From Mobula hypostoma (taxonomy: Eukaryota): 64,000 nucleotides of DNA. Below are positions 12,829 to 24,754 of the stretch, piece by piece (within the stretch, counting starts at the first letter, position 1; each line of letters starts with the position of its first letter). The stretch spans positions 42,224,001 to 42,288,000 of the forward strand of contig NC_086108.1 of assembly GCF_963921235.1 (NCBI RefSeq), read 5' to 3'. The notes beneath the pieces are model-generated. The model did not search any database, was not told where the DNA came from, and was given only the letters and a program-made list of their open reading frames with translations. The translations under genes were made by a program, and so were the position numbers.

Positions 12829-13214
12829 GCAAGCAACACACATAAAAATTGCTGGTAAACGCAGCAGGCCAGGCAGCATCTCTAGGAAGAGGTACAGTCG
12901 ATGTTTCGGGCCAAGACCCTTCGTCAGGACTAACTGAAGGAAGAGTGAGTAAGGGATTTGAAAGTGGGAGGGGGAGGAGGAGATTCGAAATGATAGAAGA
13001 AGACAGGAGGGGGAGAGATGGAGCCGAGAGCTGGACAGGTGATAGGCAAAAGGGGATACGAGAGGATCATGGGACGGGAGGCCCAGGGAGAAAGAAAGGG
13101 GGAGGGGGGAAGCCCAGAGGATAGGCAGGGGGTATAGTGAGAGGGACAGAGGGAGTAAAAGGAGAGAGAGAAAAAAAGAATGTGTGTATATAAATAAATA
13201 AATAACGGATGGGA
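12829..13214 (-). mobile_element. Penelope 3' UTR/terminal fragment
   Basis: Reverse complement of the Penelope pyrimidine-rich 3' region. 11-bp TSD AAAATTACTTT at 12818-12828 and 13215-13225. Confidence 0.8.
12895..12932 (-). ncRNA. Minimal hammerhead ribozyme (core intact, AUC triplet)
   Basis: Minus strand: UAGUC-CUGACGA-A-GGG(UCUUGG)CCC-GAAAC-AUC-GACUG. The ACGU palindrome is changed to ACAU, consistent with CpG decay. Confidence 0.7.
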
Positions 13215-13329
13215 AAAATTACTTTTTCTTCACAGTGAACTCAGTGGTAAACTGTAGAGATGCCTTGATGCCCTTTCAGTTGCCTGTTTTATTAATGAAC
13301 ATTTTTAGCTACTGTAGTAGAAGCACTAT

Positions 13330-14040
13330 ATTCAGAATCAGGTTTATTATCACTGACGTTAGTTATGAAATGTGTTGTTTTGTGGCAGCATTACAATGCA
13401 GGCCTAAGTTACTGTAAGTTACAATTTAAAAACAAGTAGTGCAAAAGAGAAATAGTGAACATTCATTAGTTTATGGGCCATTCAGAAATCTGATAGCAGC
13501 TGGGAAGAAACTGTTCCTAAAATGTTGACTCTGGGTCTTCAGGCTCATGTACTTCCTCCATGAGTGTGATAATGAAAAGAGGGTCCTGAGTGGTGAGGGC
13601 CCTTCATAATGGATACTGCCTTTTTGATGTACTCTTTTGAAGATGTCTTCATTGGTAGGAGGCTTGAGCCGGTGAAGGACTCCTGAATCAACAACCCTCT
13701 GCAGAATGTTATGATTCTGTGTATTGGCTCCTCCATAGAGTATTAGATGGCATACCTGATCTCCTCAAAGTTGGAATGGTATAGTCACTGGCATGCCTTC
13801 TTCACGATTGCCTCAATATGATGGACGCAGGATAGTTACTCTTGAGATTTTCACACCCAGGAGCTTGGAACTGACCCCTTCATAAGAATTGGTACATGCT
13901 CACTCAACTTCCCCTTCCTGAAGTCCACAATCAGTTCTTTAGTCTTGCTGACATTGAGTGCAAGGTTGTTATTGTGACACAATTCAACCGGCAGATCTAT
14001 TTTGCTCCTGACCCACCACCTCGACATCATTATTCCAGTA
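13330..14040 (-). mobile_element. Rex-Babar-type LINE 3' fragment (decayed)
   Basis: TTCAGAATCAGGTTTATT tail at the left end; remnant KKAVSIMKGPHH; similar to 24755-25945 and 52325-53420. Confidence 0.65.
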
Positions 14041-14239
14041 ACAAGTAATTTCTTGTACTTGTTTCATTCTGCTAATTGTATTAAATATGCATCGCTCATT
14101 TCCACTGACCTTACCTGTTTTGCGTTTAGGAATCTTTGTAAAATTAAAACTTACGGAAGTTAAGGAGAAACGTCTCTGCTGGCCAGAGTCAAACATGACA
14201 GAAAAGGGTGGCTGTGGTTGTTGGTGGCTAATCAGCTCT

Positions 14240-17145
14240 GTTCTGAATTAGGCCATTTGGGTCATTGAGTCTGCTCTGCCATTCTCCTGCCTTCTCCCAG
14301 TAACGTTTGACACCCTTAAAATCAACAGCCTATCAACCCCTACTTTAAATATACCTGGTGATGAGGCCTCCACGGCCATCCATAGCAATGAATTCCACAG
14401 ATTCACCACCCTCTGGCTAAAGAAATTCCTCATCTCTGTTCTAAAGAGACTGGTCCTAGACTCCCCCACTATCAGAAACATCCCCTTCACGTCCACTCTA
14501 TCTTGGCTTTTCAGTATTCGAAAGAATTCAATAAGGTCCTCCCTCATTCTTCTAAACTCCAACAAGTACACAACCAGACTGATCAAATGCTCTTTTTACA
14601 TTGCTATCATTATCAGCTTCTGCCAGCATCTCTTCTGGTAGTCTATTTTGGGCCAAAAAAAAATCTTCTTTAAACTTTACTGCCCCAGTTTAAATCTATC
14701 TCCATTAGTATTTGCCACTTCCATCCTGGAAAAAAAGTTCTTAATATCTGCTCTATCCCTCTAATAATTTTGTATACTTATGACAGGCCTTCTATCAGAC
14801 TCCAGTGCTCCAGAGAAAACAACAGACATTTGTCCAACCTCTCCTTGTAGCAAACACCCTCCAATAAGCAACATCCAGGTGAACCTCTTCTGTACCACCT
14901 CCGAAGCTTCCACATCCTTTCTATAGTGTGATGACCAGAAGTGCACAAAATGGTGCAATAGTGGCCAAGCAAAAGTTTTCCACCACTGCACCATGATTTG
15001 CTACCTTTTTTATACTCCATACCTTGACTAGTCTTTGTAGATGATACAAAAATAGGTTGGGGAACAGGTAGTGTTGAGGAACCAGGGAGCCTGCAGAAGA
15101 ACTTTGACAGATTAGGAGAATGGACAAAGAAGTGGCAGTGTATGGCCATGCACTTTGGTAGAAGGGAAAAAGGCTGAAGGTATTTTCTAAATAGGGAGCA
15201 AATTCAGAAATCAGCGGTGCAGAGGGACTTAAAGTTTTTGTGCAGGATTCCTTGAAGGTGAACCTATAGGTTGAGTCAGTGGCAGTGAAGGTAAATGCAA
15301 TGTTAGTATTCATTTTGAGAGGACTAGAATATACAAGCAAGAGTGTATTATTGAGGCTTTATCAAAGTGTAGTTGGAGTGTTGTGAGCAGTTTTGGGCTC
15401 CTTATCTAAGAAAGGATGTGCTGCCATTGGAGAGGGTCCAGAGAAGGCTCATGAGAATGATCCCGTGAATGAAAGGTTAAATGAGGAGTCTCTGGGTGTG
15501 TACTTACTAGAGTTTAGAAGAATGAGAGGGGATCTTATTGAAACCAGTTGAATATTGAAAAGCTTAGATGGAGTGGATGTGGAGAGGACTAGAGGGCACA
15601 GCCTCAGAATATAAGGATGTCCCTTTAGAACAGAGATGAGGATGAATTTCTTAAGCCAGAGGGTGGTGAATCTATGGAATTCATTGCCACAGATAGCTGT
15701 GGCGGCAAGATAGGTATATTTAAAGAGGAGGTTGAAACGTTCTTGGTTAGTCAAGGCGTCAAAGGTTAGGGGAGAAAGCAGGAGAATAGGGTTGAAAGGG
15801 GTAATAAAGCAACTGTGATGGAATGGCATAGCAGAATCGCTGAGCCAAATGGCCTCACTCTGCTCCTGTGTTTTTTGGTCAATGAAGCCAAGCGTGTAGC
15901 AAGCCACCTTAACCACTTTATCTAATTGTGTTTGAGGGAGCTGTGTACTCGCACCCCAGGATCCCTCTGTACATCAGTGCTCAAGGGTACTGCCATTTAG
16001 TGTATTTACTTTTGACCTCCCAAAGTACAACACCTCACATTTGTTCAAGTTAATCTCCATCTGCCATTTATCTGTTCACATTTCCAATTGATACTGTCAT
16101 ATCCTTTGACAACCTTCTTCACTAGTTGCAGCTCCACCAATTTTCCTGTTATCTGTAAAATCACTTTATCAGGCCACTTATATTTTAATTCACATCATAG
16201 TACAAACAACAGATTTCTCAGTATTGATCCTTGCAGAACACCACTGGTTATAGACCTCTAGTCAGAATAACATCTTTCCACTACTGACATCTGTTGTCTG
16301 TGACAAAGACAATTTTGTATCCAACCTACGAATAGCTGGGAATCTCAGGCAATTCAATCCTCTGGACCAGCTCAGTATGAGTCCATGAACCACAGCTCTT
16401 TTAAACTCTTGTTAGACAACACTTGGAGTTTTGTGTTCAGTTCTGGTCACCTCGTTATTAGAGAGGAAACAGAGGAGATCCACCAGGATGCTATCTAAAC
16501 CAGAGAGGACACCATATGAAGAAAGGTTGAACAAGCCAGGGTCCTTCTCCCTGGAGCAGAGGATGAGAGGTGAGCTGACAGAGGTGTACAAGATGATAAG
16601 AGGCATTGATAGAGTTCACAGCCAGAGTTCTCAGGTGATTGAAAGAGAGTGTAGGGGGAGATTTCAGAGGCAGGCCCTTCTACACAGAGAGTGGCAGGTA
16701 GAGTCAGATACATTAAGAACGTTTAAGAACCTCTATGCTATAGCCTTCAGCCGTCAGGCTTCTGAATCCGCTTCACTCATCCTTGTGGCTGAGGACACAC
16801 TTTCACGGACTCTGCGGTTAATGCTCTGTGTGCTATTTACTTTTTTTTGGTTCTTGGCTTGGTTTGTTCTTTTGTTTTCACACATTTGCTGTTTAACAGT
16901 TTATTGTGTCAAGTTTTTGTATGGGTTCTATTGTGTTTCTTTGTTCTGTGGCTGCCTGCAAGAAGATGAATCTCAAGGTTGCAGGTAGTGTACACACTTC
17001 GATAATAATTGAACTTTGAAACTCTTAGGCATACGTGGAGAGCAATGTGGGAGGGAAATTTACATTGATCTTGGTGTAGGTTGAAAGGTGGGTACAACAT
17101 TATTGGTCAAAGTGCCTGTACTGTGCTGTATTGTGTAGTGTTCTA
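14240..17145. mobile_element. Cluster of CR1 3' fragments in both orientations (about 14240-14600 -, 14640-15000 -, 15030-15870 +, 15880-16380 -, 16410-17145 +)
   Basis: Translated remnants LEFRRMREDLIE, NFFSQRVVNLWNSL, FWSSHYRKDVEA, YEERLNK..FSLEQRMRGELTEVYKMIRGIDRV. Confidence 0.8.
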
Positions 17146-17424
17146 TAACCCTAATCACTGACTCAGGATGTTAAGGAATTTTGACTTGTCACTGAACACT
17201 CTCAGAATCATGATTGTTTGCACCAAATGGAGTTTATTGTCATGTGCACAAGTCCATGTGTGCATTGGTGCAATGAAAAACTTATTTGCAGCAACATCAC
17301 AGGTACAAGGTATTGGAGACACAACATTCATATGGAAAACATAAATTAGACACAATATTTATAAGAAAAACAATAGAAAACAAAAAATACAACCCCTATA
17401 GTCTGCCTGTTTATCGGCAATACT

Positions 17425-19128
17425 ATTCACTTCCATCCCTCACCAGGAAGGCGTCAAAGCTCTCCATTTCTTTCTGGACACCAGACCCATCCAGTTCCCT
17501 TCCACAACCACTCTCCTCCACTTCAGAACTTGTCCTCACTCTAAATAATTTCTCTTTGGCTGCTCCCACTTCCTTCAAACAAAGGGGGTAGCCATGGGCA
17601 CTCACGTGGGACCCAGCTATGACTGTCTGTTTGTCGGCTACATGGAACAGTCTTTGTTCCAAGCCTGCACTGGTGACCATCCCGCACTTCTCGTACACTC
17701 GTCGACGACTGCATTGGTGCTGCTTCCTGCACCCGTGCTGAACTCGTCAATTTCATCCACGTTGCCTCCAGCTTCCACCCTGCCCTCAAATTCACCTGGT
17801 CCATTTCCGACACTTCCCTTCTCTTTCTCGATCTCACTGTCTCTATCTCTGGAGACAGCTGATCCACTGATGTCTATTATAAACTAACAGACTGTCACAG
17901 CTACCTGGACTAGACCTCGCCCCACCCTGCCACTTGTAAAAATGCCACCCCCTTCTCTCAAATTCCTCCATCTCTGCCACATCTGCTCTTAGGATGAGGC
18001 TTTTCATTCTAGAACGAAGATGTCCTCCTCTTTCAATGAAAGGGGCTTCCCTTCCTCCACCATCAATGCTGCCCCCAACCTCATCTCTTCCATTTCATGC
18101 ATGTCTGTTCTTGCCCCATCCTCCAGCCACCCTACCAGGGGTAGGATTCCTCTTGTTCTCACCTACCACCTCACCAGACTCCACGTCCAGCACATAATTC
18201 TCCAAAATTTCCGGAACCTCCATCTGGATCCCACCACCAGGCATATCTTTCCCTCCCCCCCCCCCCCACTTTCTGCTTTCCGCAGGGATCACTGCCTACG
18301 CGACTCCCTTGTCCATTCGTCCCTTCCCACTGATCTCCCTCCTGGCACTTATCCTTGCAAGTGGAACAAGTGCTACACCTGCCTTTACACCTCCTCCCTC
18401 ACTACCACTCAAGGTGCCAAACAGACCTTCCAAGTGAGGCGACGCTTCACCTGTTAGTCTGTTGGGGTCAAATACTGTGTTTGGTGCTCCCAGTGTGGCC
18501 TCCTGTATATCGCTGAGATCCGACTCAGATTAGGAGACCGCTTTGCTGAACATCTACGCTCCATCCGCCAGAAGAAGCGGGATCTGCCAGTGGCACCCAT
18601 TTTAATTCCACTTCCCATTCCCATTCTGATATGTCCATCCATGGCCTCCTCCACTGTCACACTTAGGTTGGAAGAGCAACACCTTATATTCCATTTGGGT
18701 AGCCTCCAACCTGATGGCATAAACATCGATTTCTCAAACTTCCAGTAATGCCTCCCCCACTTCACTATTTCCCATCCCCTTGTCCCTCTCTTATGTTATC
18801 TCCTTGTCCACCCATTGCCTCTCTCTGGTGCTCCTCCCCACCCCCTTTTTTCTCCCATGGCCTTCTGTCTCTTTCACGAATCAACTTCCTAGCTCTTTGC
18901 TTCATCCCTCCCCCTCCAAGTTTCACCTATCGCCTGGTGTTTCTCTCTCCCTTCCCCCCACCCATCAAATCTACTCCTCAGGTTTTTTTCTCCAATCCTG
19001 CTGAAGGGTTTCAGCCTGAAATGTCGACTGTGCTTTTTCCCATAGATTCTGCCTGGCCTGTTGAGTCTCTCCAGCATTTTGTGTGTATTGCTCAGATTTC
19101 CAGCATCTGCAGATTTTCTTGTGTTTGC
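17425..19128 (+). mobile_element. Penelope-like element (Neptune-type), 5'-truncated: RT + Cys-rich linker + GIY-YIG endonuclease, disrupted
   Basis: LVLTLNNFS, KGVAMGT..GPSY.CLFVGY.E, FHPALKFT, PLVLTYH, linker C.WNKCYTC, endonuclease VKYCVWCSQCGLLYIAE..R..RF.EHLRSI...RLEEQHLIFHLGSLQPDGINIDFSNFQ* (stop 18746-18748). Pyrimidine-rich 3' UTR with a degenerate hammerhead at 18993-19030. Confidence 0.92.
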
Positions 19129-20109
19129 AATCCCTGTTGTGCAAAGTAGTCACAATGTTGCTATACTGAGATAGTAATTAGGGTTGTGCCAGTTGGTTCA
19201 ATAACGGAATGGTTGAAGGGAAGGATCTGCTCCTGAGCCCAGTGGTGTGGGACTGTACTTCCTGCCAGATGGGAATTGGTCATTTTCTAGTATGGCAATT
19301 TGAATGTTCAGGAACACAAGACCCTACAAAGAGTAGTGGACTCTGCCTAATATATCACAGGCATATCCCCCTCTCTATCAATATCTGCAGGTGATGTTGA
19401 CACAAGAAGGCAACATCCATTATCAAAGCATGATACAGGCCATGTCATCTTCTCACTGGTACTATTGGTTCCTCTATGAGGTTAACTTAATATAAATTAT
19501 CCTTTGCATATGATTCAAGAGTTCTTTTCTTAAAAATTGGAACAGCAGCAAGGGAAGATGTTGTAACCAGTTGACCAGCTTCGAAGTCACTATTTAAAAC
19601 TTTTCACTGTTTCAACGATGACAGCGCGTGCCTATGAGACTCCTCTGGTGACTGAATTTCAGAGATCGATTGGTAGCTGGCCTATTGCATCTTGTCCATG
19701 TGCAGAGTGCTCCAGGGGTTAACATTATTCTTGACGCTTACTTCTCTCAATCAATAATAATGGCAATTATAAAATAATTGAATTTTAATAGACTGAGTGA
19801 TGGAAGCCACTTTATCTGTTAGAAGCAATCATTGTTTTATTTCTATTCACTCTACATACAAATGATGGGATATTTTATGTGTTTCAGTAGTGATCATTAG
19901 ACAAGCTTAGTGCTATCAGTTACCTGGTTATGGAATGCTGTGTAATTTGTGTCATGCCTACCTTCCTTATTGGAGCAGTTTTAATCTGAATGTGCTTCTG
20001 AAGCACTGCCCAAGATATCATCAATGATTTACAGCCATGATCTCTTTTATTAGTGTCTTCAATTCTATTAGAACAATTATTAACACATCCTTTGAAACAG
20101 ATGCCTTCA

Positions 20110-21042
20110 AAATTGTAACTTCAAGCCCATACTTAAAAAGCCAAACCTTGATAATGAGATACTAGCGTACTACAGGCCTGTATCAAGTCTTCCCTTCCTG
20201 GGCAAGACTTTTGAGAAAGTCAATTTCAGCCAACTCAATAGCTTTCTGAATGAGAACGATATTCTAGAAAAGTTTTAGCCTGGTTTCATAGCAAACCACA
20301 GCATGAAGATGACCCTTACCAAAATCAGCACTGATGCCAACAGTGATCTGATTCTCCTTGATCTAAGTGCTGCTTTTGACACAATTGACCACAACATTTT
20401 CCTAGGTTGCCTCGAGAATCGGGTGGCCCTCTCTGATTGGTTTATTTGTATATCTTAGAGAGAATTTATTTTGTCAGTCTCGGAGAACAAATTTCTAAGA
20501 GATAGGACATGCCTTTAAGTGTTGCTCAGGGAAACTGTTTTGTTCTCTTACTCTTCTCCTTGTACACGGTCCCCTTAGGATATATCATTAGAGAGACTTT
20601 TAACACAAACCAGGATGAGGGAGCATTTCACTCCCATCCGAACTACTCTGTATTGGGCTTCCTGTATCATTTAGATTTGATGTTAAAGTTACCTTACTTG
20701 TTGTTAAAGCTCTCAGTGGTCTGGGATTGGAGTTCATCACAGGATCACTCTCATTTTATAGTCCTGCTTGAGCTCTCAGGTCTTCTGCTGGTCTCTTAAA
20801 TTTAAAGAAAATTGACAGGTCAGCTTTTTGTTTGAACTATGCTCCTAAACTGTGGACTTAATACTCAAGGTTATAAGGGATGCAAACTTAGTTGACACTT
20901 CTAAACGCCAGCTCAAAACCTATTTATTTAACCTTGCTTTTAACTAATGTCTTTTCTTGTCTTTTATTTTCATACTTGCACTCTATCCCATTGTAAAGCA
21001 CTTTGTGTGAAAAGTGCTCGATAAATCAGTAATAATAATAAT
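20110..21042 (+). mobile_element. L2 LINE fragment (RT region and 3' end, internally deleted)
   Basis: LKKPNLD....YRPVSSLPFLGK.FEK and LLDLSAAFDTIDH motifs; L2-type terminal stem GTAAAGCACTTT..AAAAGTGCT followed by (TAA)n. Confidence 0.85.
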
Positions 21043-21100
21043 AGATTTTCTTACATTGTGAAAGGAGGTCATTGGGTCAATCATGTCCTTGCTTGGATCG

Positions 21101-21973
21101 GAAGAAGGTGCTAGCAGACAACGTGACCAAGGGCGACATTCTTAAGACGGTGCACGAAACTACTTATTGTATGTCTTCTTCTTATTTCGAATGTGGTCCT
21201 GCTACTGTTGGAGCCTGTGATCTACATCTTAGTGGGGGTTTTTTGGGCCAATTGCTGCTTTGCTATCTCTGAGAAGGTTCCATGAGGTTTTGAGTGAAGC
21301 GTGTGGCTTGGAGGCCACGAATCCTGGAGACTGGGTGTAAGTCCACGATCAACTCTGTTTCTTGCCCATCTCGTTGATTAAAGCGCCGGGAAAGATTGAA
21401 ATCGTTGCGTGAGCAGAAGGCGAGCTGGTGTTCAGTGCCATCCACCAGCCTCTCACTAGATGGTGTCTGTATGTGACGGTCTCTCTCTCTCACTGTCACT
21501 TGCTGCTCCCAGCAGAAGGGCCCTGCATTCAAATGGTGTCTCTCTTCCCTCGATGCTGTCGGAGGATGGTGCTTGAGTCCTGGATCCTGGGCAAGGTTTA
21601 ATTAACATGGTATATGGATTGGACTCTGTAGTTCATATAATGATGTGTTTCTGGCTTCTGGTTGCTCCTTTATTTTTGTTGCTATATTGGGTAATTTTGA
21701 ATTGGGGTGGCCTGCTAATTAGAAACACTGAGCTGAACTGAATATGCCTGGACTCTTTTGATTTTAATTTTGTATTCTGTGTTTTTTGCTCGTTTTTTAA
21801 CATTGCCATTTGCACATTTTTTTTTGTTTTGCAAGTGGGTGGGTTGATGTTTTTCTTTGAACGGGTGCCATGGTTTTCATTGTTTTGGAGCTGTCTGTGG
21901 GGAAGAAGCAGTTCAGGGCTGTGTGCTGCAATACACACTCTGATACTAAATGTACTGTGAATACTTGAATCTG
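21101..21973 (+). mobile_element. Non-autonomous retroelement (family shared with 29518-30336)
   Basis: 5' GAAGAAGGTGC...GACATTCTTAAG matches the reverse complement of 30290-30336. Shares ACACTGAGCTGAACTGAA internally; TTGAATC tail; no LINE-like coding remnant. Confidence 0.65.
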
Positions 21974-22139
21974 AGTTGCAGAGATAACTTTTAATTCATT
22001 GTTAGTAGAAATACCTTGGACATTGTTTTATCTTTGAGCTTTATTTCCAAAAACAATCCACTTTTTAAAAATCTCTTTCTTCATACCTGCCAACAGCCTA
22101 TGAAGGTAACAACAATAAATTCACTGTCCAATCTAACAA

Positions 22140-22380
22140 TATCACACGGAGTGATAGAGTTATACGGAATAGAAATGGGCCCTTGGGCCTACTGCTATGC
22201 CAGCCGTCATGCCTAACTATACTAATTCCACTTGCCTGCATTAATTGCACATTCCCGCTATGCCCCGCTCAGTGAAGTACCCGTTCAGAAGCCGTATACA
22301 TGTTGTTACTGTTCCTGCCTCCACCACCACCTCTGGCAGCTCATTCCCGATACTAACTACTTCCTGTGCGAAAAATTTAA
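22140..22380 (-). mobile_element. CR1 3' fragment
   Basis: Remnant FFAQEVVSIGNELPEVVVEAGT. Confidence 0.65.
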
Positions 22381-24249
22381 ATTTCTTTTCCCTCTGCATA
22401 AACAGATGCTCGGTCAATTTAGACACCCCTACAGACTCTGGCAATCTATCCTACTACTGCCTCTCGTGCATACATTTCATTTCTGATTTCAACAGTGGAA
22501 GTTCTGGTGGTGTTGTCCATTTATGTATTTGCATTAGATGTTTGTACAATGCCAGCTATTGATTATAGGTGTCATCCTCTGCTGGTGTGAATTGAATGTT
22601 CAGCTTCTTCCAGCTAACAGCTTGTGAGGTCACGTGAATGGGTTTTCTTTGTGGAAGATTGAAGGGGCAAGATGGGGGAAGGTGACATTGTTTTTCCTAT
22701 TGAATTAGTTGGAGGAACGTATGTACAAATCAACGGAATCAAAGATCAGGCAAGTTGAAAATGAGCACCAATTTTTAGAAAAATGACAAAGACCTGCTTC
22801 AGTATGCACCCATCCCCACAGCAACAGAAACAACCCTTTCTGGTGTTCCACAGCCCTAAGCTGAATTGGTTTGTTTCCATGGTGATTGATTTCACCACTC
22901 TGAAGGAAGGCTGCCCCTAGAATCCATCACTGATGGTGTTCAACATTAAAGATGCTGGCATGTCGCACAATATCACTGTTGTTAAAGAAATACTGATTAA
23001 CATTGCTTGCAAAACACAGTTTAAAATTGATTCCATGTTGTATTTTCTGTTTCTTATTAATGTCACATTTTGCAGTGGCCATCTTGACCTGTGATTAACT
23101 CTAGTAACATAGTCAATTTTTTTTTCAGTTGCTATTTAAAATGCCTGTTTTTTAGTGCATTTGTTTACTTTCCAATTTCTTCCAGTAAACTGGTATTACT
23201 TGCAGTTATTTACAGTACTGCATTTGCATATTTCTGTGGGTAAAATGTATTTTTTGTCATTACATGTAAATCAATTTCAGATCATTCTCAGTTCATTAAT
23301 GTGGGAACATTGCAACTTTCAAAAATGTTCAGGACATATTAAAATAATCTATACGGTTGAGATGTATTTCTGAATACTTGATGTCCTCAATTCATGATTT
23401 TAGTTTCATTATTGTACGTCTCAACACTGACTATTCCACATAACTATGAAATATTCCTTACATTTTATGTTATATAATCTCTGTAGTTTCGTTTTCTCGA
23501 CATATTCCTAGTTAACATAAAGTTAAATCTAATGGCATGATGATCTTGTAGCTTACTGTTTAAATAACATATGTATGTTTTTAAAAGCAAAATAGGAAAA
23601 ATCAAAAATGGAAATTGTAAATTGAGTTGAACTCTCACTGTATTCAGGGCTTTAATAGCCACTTTTATTACTGGTGTGTGACTGTATTTCCATTAAGATT
23701 ACCAAATTATGCCAGCAGTAGCTCAGATTGGAATAAATTGCGAGTTAAGATTTCCTTATGTCATCATTGCATCCTCTAATCAAAATCGAGCATTAGGCGG
23801 TGCAGAAATCAATTAAAGTATTGCAGAGAATAGCATAGTTTTTATGTACAGTATGGTATGTCAGCACAGACACCAGTCTTAGTGACGTGTAACTGCTTGC
23901 AATCCATAATGTAATATGAGTTGTTTTTCTGTATGTGTTATAAATAGCCTTCTGTGTTTCCTGATCCAAGTTCTGTAGAGGCATGTGCTAGTTAAGAATG
24001 AAACCGCTATGAATTTGTTAATTATTGTTATAGTCATTAACACCAAATTGTCTGAGTGCTTTTAGGTTAGCTGTCAGCAAGTTAGAACAGCTACAGTGTC
24101 TGGAACTCTTTGGAAATATTGGACTCATGCAGTAGTTATTCACAACCACTCCTGTATTATGTTTTAGGAGTACTGTTTGTAACTTTCCACCTGGGTAAAG
24201 AACTTTGGAATGATTATTTACTTGAAATGAGCTACGTAATTTGTTATAA

Positions 24250-24710
24250 ATACAAGAGATTCAATTCAAGCTGATGCTGAAAATCCAGAGCAACACACAT
24301 AAGATGCTGGAGGAACTCAGCAGAATCTATGGAAGTTAATACACAGTTGATGTTTTGGGCTGAGACTCTGCATGAGGACAGGAAAGGAAGCGGGAGAGGT
24401 AGGAATACAAGCCGGAAGGTGATAGCTGAAACCAGGTGGGTGGGGGGAGGGAGGATGAAGTAAGATGGTGGGAGGAGACAGGTGGAAAAGGTAAAGGGCT
24501 GAAGAAGAAGAAATCAGATAGGAGAGGTGAATGGGCCATGGGAGAAAGGAGAGGAGGAGGACCACCAGGAGCAGGTGAAATGTAGATGAGGAGAAGAGAC
24601 TAGGTAAAAAGAGGGCCGGAGTGTGGAATTCAAGAAGAGCGAAGGGGAGGGGAAAGTTACTGCAAGTTGGAAAATACAGTGTTCATGCCATCATGTTGGA
24701 GGCCACCTAT
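24250..24710 (-). mobile_element. Penelope 3' fragment with degenerate hammerhead at 24344-24381
   Basis: Reverse complement of the Penelope end (QHDGMNTVFSNL, purine-rich tract, GATGCTG..CAACACACA terminus). Confidence 0.75.
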
Positions 24711-24754
24711 TCTGAGTTATGTGAATATAGCAGATATTAATTCAAGCAAGAACC

